64,000 nt of DNA from Nitrosopumilus sp. (GTDB taxonomy: Archaea; Thermoproteota; Nitrososphaeria; Nitrososphaerales; Nitrosopumilaceae): contig CBDBGZ010000007.1 of assembly GCA_965205425.1 (NCBI GenBank), positions 1 through 64,000 on the forward strand, written 5' to 3'. How positions within the stretch are numbered: the first letter of the stretch is position 1; every line of letters starts with the position of its first letter. The notes under the pieces are model-generated. The model did not search any database and was not told where the DNA came from. It saw only the letters and a program-made list of their open reading frames with translations. A program made the position numbers and the translations under genes. Positions 61,262-64,000 of this stretch are shown piece by piece.

Positions 61262-62179
61262 TTATTTGACATCGTATTCTTCTCCTGTCTGCTCATCAAT
61301 AACTCTTGTTCCTTTCTCTGGCATCTTTCTTGCATATGCCTTTGCAGGAGTCTCAAGATTATCCCAGTCAAGTGACATGTGTGGCTTTATGTGATTGTAC
61401 CAGTGGACCAGCTCATCAATGGTGCCAAACCATTTCTGCTTTCTCTGAATCTCGCCGTGAAATCTTTCGAGCTTGCCATTGGTTTGAGGATGGTTCACTC
61501 TTGCCATGATATGCTTTATCTCTAATTTTACCAGTTCCTGCTCAAACTGGGATGCTCCTTTTCTCTTGTATTCTGATTGGTTTGCATAAAACTGGGAGCC
61601 ATGATCAGTTAGAATTGATGCAGGCCTACCGTGCTTTGCAATTGCCTCATGTAATACCACAAGTGCGTTATCTGTTGTTGCCTCTGCAAACACTCCATGA
61701 GAAACGATAAACCTTGATGCGTCATCCTGGTAGCATAAGAACCATCTGCCATCATCTAGCTTCTTCCAGTCAGTATGCCACATGGAGTTTGAATATGTCC
61801 TTTCATATCGAACCCACTTTCGTCTTCTCCTCTTCTTTGGCTGAGCTTCTGCCAACCCTTCATCTCTCATAATTTTATGTATGGTATTGTGAGGTATGTG
61901 TGTTCCAGTAGTATCAATTATTTTCTCCAAGAATACTGCAGAACACCTGAACTTTTCAAATGTAGACTGGACAGTCTGCACCATCTGCTCTGTGATTATT
62001 CCCTTTGGCCTTCCAGACTTGCCTAGGATTGGAACTGCACCAGTACGGCGATACCGTGAGTAGAGTTTCTGCATCCACCCAACAGATATCTTCATGGATG
62101 AGGCAACGTCTGCGTTCTTGGCACCGTCCTCTTTTGACTTGATTATCCAGGATATCTGGATTGGATCTAACTTTTGCAT
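61262..62179 (-). CDS. IS481-family transposase
   Basis: MQKLD start; WHTDW, DDASRF, TDHGSQF, PQTNGKLER. Confidence 0.93.
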   Translation of the reverse strand: MQKLDPIQISWIIKSKEDGAKNADVASSMKISVGWMQKLYSRYRRTGAVPILGKSGRPKGIITEQMVQTVQSTFEKFRCSAVFLEKIIDTTGTHIPHNTIHKIMRDEGLAEAQPKKRRRRKWVRYERTYSNSMWHTDWKKLDDGRWFLCYQDDASRFIVSHGVFAEATTDNALVVLHEAIAKHGRPASILTDHGSQFYANQSEYKRKGASQFEQELVKLEIKHIMARVNHPQTNGKLERFHGEIQRKQKWFGTIDELVHWYNHIKPHMSLDWDNLETPAKAYARKMPEKGTRVIDEQTGEEYDVK

Positions 62180-62181
62180 AA

Positions 62182-63192
62182 TGCTGTGTTTCCCAACATG
62201 ACTAGTTGATCCAATTAATTTCATCACCCAAGCTTTAGATCAGAATATTCTGTATTATTCCATGAACAGAAACTGGAAAAATTACAACAAAACACTAGTT
62301 AGACGTGGAGAAATCATGTTGTCCTTTGACGCAATGGAATCATGGAGTATGGAACTAAAAGAGATGAATCACAAAAAGGAAGGTCATCGATTTGTCTATC
62401 CTGAATCCTTCATGGAGGCACTAGGATACTGTCATCTCTATTTGCATCTTCCATTCAGACAAACAGAAGGTCTGATAAAATCACACCTCCAATCCAAAAC
62501 AAAGACTCCCACATATTCTGCCATTTGGAAACGTGTCAACAAACTTGACATCAAGATGAATCCAAAACTAGGAAAAGACATTGTCATTGCAATAGACTCA
62601 ACTGGAATCAAGGTTGCAAACAGAGGTGAGTGGATGAGACAGAAATGGCAGAAGAGAAGAGGATTTCTTAAAATTCATGTGGCAGTAGATGTGAAATCTA
62701 AACAGATCACAGGGATTGATATTACAGATGACAAGTCACATGATTCAAAACATTTCATATCGCTAGTTGAGCAATCAAAACAGTTTGGCAATGTCACTAA
62801 AACTTTGGCTGATGGTGCATATGATACAAAGGATAATTTTTCATATCTGTATTATGATAATGATATTCTACCTGCAATTAAAACAAGAAAAAACTCATCA
62901 GTTGTAACTGATTGTTATCCTCGGAGAAAGTCCGTTTTGGCACAATTGTATAACTTGGATCTATGGAAGCTCAGCGTAAGCTATGGGGATAGATGGATTG
63001 TAGAGGGAGTATTCTCTGTATTCAAAAGAATATTTGGAGAGCATGTGACATCGCACAAGAGAGAAAACATGATTCATGAATTGAAAATGAAAGTTTGTCT
63101 GTACAATAAAATGATTGCAATGCAATAGAATCAGAAATGATTTCAAAGCATCAAAGAGTGTTGATGGTTATTTGGGGTTGGGAAACAAAGTA
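62182..63192 (+). mobile_element. IS5-family (IS903 group) element
   Basis: TIRs TGCTGTGTTTCCCAAC / TACTTTGTTTCCCAAC; 8-bp duplication TTGCATAA at 62174-62181 and 63193-63200. Confidence 0.92.
62262..63128 (+). CDS. IS5-family transposase
   Basis: NWKNYN..LVRRG, RQTEG, IDSTG, ADGAYD, Y..RWIVE. Confidence 0.94.
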   Translation: MNRNWKNYNKTLVRRGEIMLSFDAMESWSMELKEMNHKKEGHRFVYPESFMEALGYCHLYLHLPFRQTEGLIKSHLQSKTKTPTYSAIWKRVNKLDIKMNPKLGKDIVIAIDSTGIKVANRGEWMRQKWQKRRGFLKIHVAVDVKSKQITGIDITDDKSHDSKHFISLVEQSKQFGNVTKTLADGAYDTKDNFSYLYYDNDILPAIKTRKNSSVVTDCYPRRKSVLAQLYNLDLWKLSVSYGDRWIVEGVFSVFKRIFGEHVTSHKRENMIHELKMKVCLYNKMIAMQ

Positions 63193-63302
63193 TTGCATAA
63201 TCTTGTGATTCTTTCCTCTTTTCCAAACGTATCTTGACTTTAGTCTGGAAATAATGGGGTGAACTAATTTGAGGATAATAGACACTTTTTTTCCTTTTTC
63301 AC

Positions 63303-64000
63303 ATGTTTTCTCTAATTATTGCACCCGGAATCTCTGTACTAGCTAACATATGGACTAAAAACACAAACAAGGCATTTCTCAGAAGTTCTCTTGCGATATT
63401 CGTATCTGCCGTGTTCGTTTCTGGCAGTATGCTTGGTCCTATTGGATTAACCTTTTCTCCCCAACATGCTTTTGCAGATGATATATTTGCAGAGATGAAT
63501 CCTTATGAAAATATTTTACCAAATAATGTATTACCTGATCATGAATTTTTGAAAAAGAAGCTGCATAGTTCTGGGGCAAACTCAGATGCTACTGATTCAA
63601 TGTATAATGATGAGAATCCCCTCAGCGAATCTGAGAAAAAGACAGTACATGAATTTCTTTTGGCGTTGTATGGGGACATCGATGTATTAAATGAACAGTC
63701 ATATCCTACTGTAGGGGGATACTGGACTGTAGAGTTTGTTACAAAGGGAACTCATGACTTGACAGTCTCTGCAATTAATGCAACAAGCTTTGGAGCTGGA
63801 TTGCCTGATGATGTAGAGTTTATCTCACTTTATGATTCTGATGGAAGTGAAATTGCACCTGAATTTATTTATGATGACTCTGGTTCTAATGCCTCTGTTG
63901 TATTTCCGGATTATTCAAGCGATGATGTTGGTTCATTTAAGATGCTTGTACACACTCCTGGCAAACACCATCTAAAATTTGAGTTTGGTAATGATGTTGT
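63303..64000 (+). CDS. 5' part of a secreted/surface protein (runs off the window)
   Basis: Open frame from ATG 63303 to the window end; signal peptide ending QHAFA; SYPTVGGYWTVEF...GKHHLKFEFG module. Start uncertain. Confidence 0.8.
   Translation, partial: MFSLIIAPGISVLANIWTKNTNKAFLRSSLAIFVSAVFVSGSMLGPIGLTFSPQHAFADDIFAEMNPYENILPNNVLPDHEFLKKKLHSSGANSDATDSMYNDENPLSESEKKTVHEFLLALYGDIDVLNEQSYPTVGGYWTVEFVTKGTHDLTVSAINATSFGAGLPDDVEFISLYDSDGSEIAPEFIYDDSGSNASVVFPDYSSDDVGSFKMLVHTPGKHHLKFEFGNDV

Larger units (their letters stand above)
61235..63282 (-). mobile_element. IS481-family element B, interrupted by IS5
   Basis: TIRs TGTTGTATCCCAAAATCAGTTC (from 61235) and TCTATTATCCTCAAATTAGTTC (from 63282, minus strand); 1029 bp after removing the nested IS and one duplication. 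Confidence 0.88.

Noticed and set aside
62180..62227. N-terminal extension of the IS481-B transposase
   Set aside because: Lies within the nested IS5 left end.

Overview
AT-rich archaeal chromosome segment, most consistent with a Nitrosopumilus-like ammonia-oxidising thaumarchaeote. The core genes are the complex IV (cox) operon, primase, aIF2 alpha/gamma, S6e, Nop10, AglB, a cobalamin cluster, Lhr, RPA, grpE-dnaK-dnaJ and five tRNAs. IS load is unusually high: three IS630, two IS481, one IS5 (IS903 group), one DDE_Tnp_1-type pseudogene and two IS1595-like remnants, several of them nested. Positions 1-7200 are the right part of an island at the 3' end of tRNA-Lys(CTT). It has a doubly inactivated tyrosine integrase and two same-orientation IS630 copies bracketing a thiol/redox cargo (HxlR regulator with palindromic operators, pirin, thioredoxin, two Cys-rich proteins) plus a RelBE-type pair. 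The most unusual signals are: (1) IS481 elements with 15-bp target duplications, including one hybrid carrying the tip of a second IS481 species and a 17-bp tip-only footprint; (2) a membrane protein with two PmoC/AmoC-like DxxxH(x12)H motifs; (3) several fusion proteins and unannotated microproteins. All calls come from reading the sequence by eye; no database searches were run.
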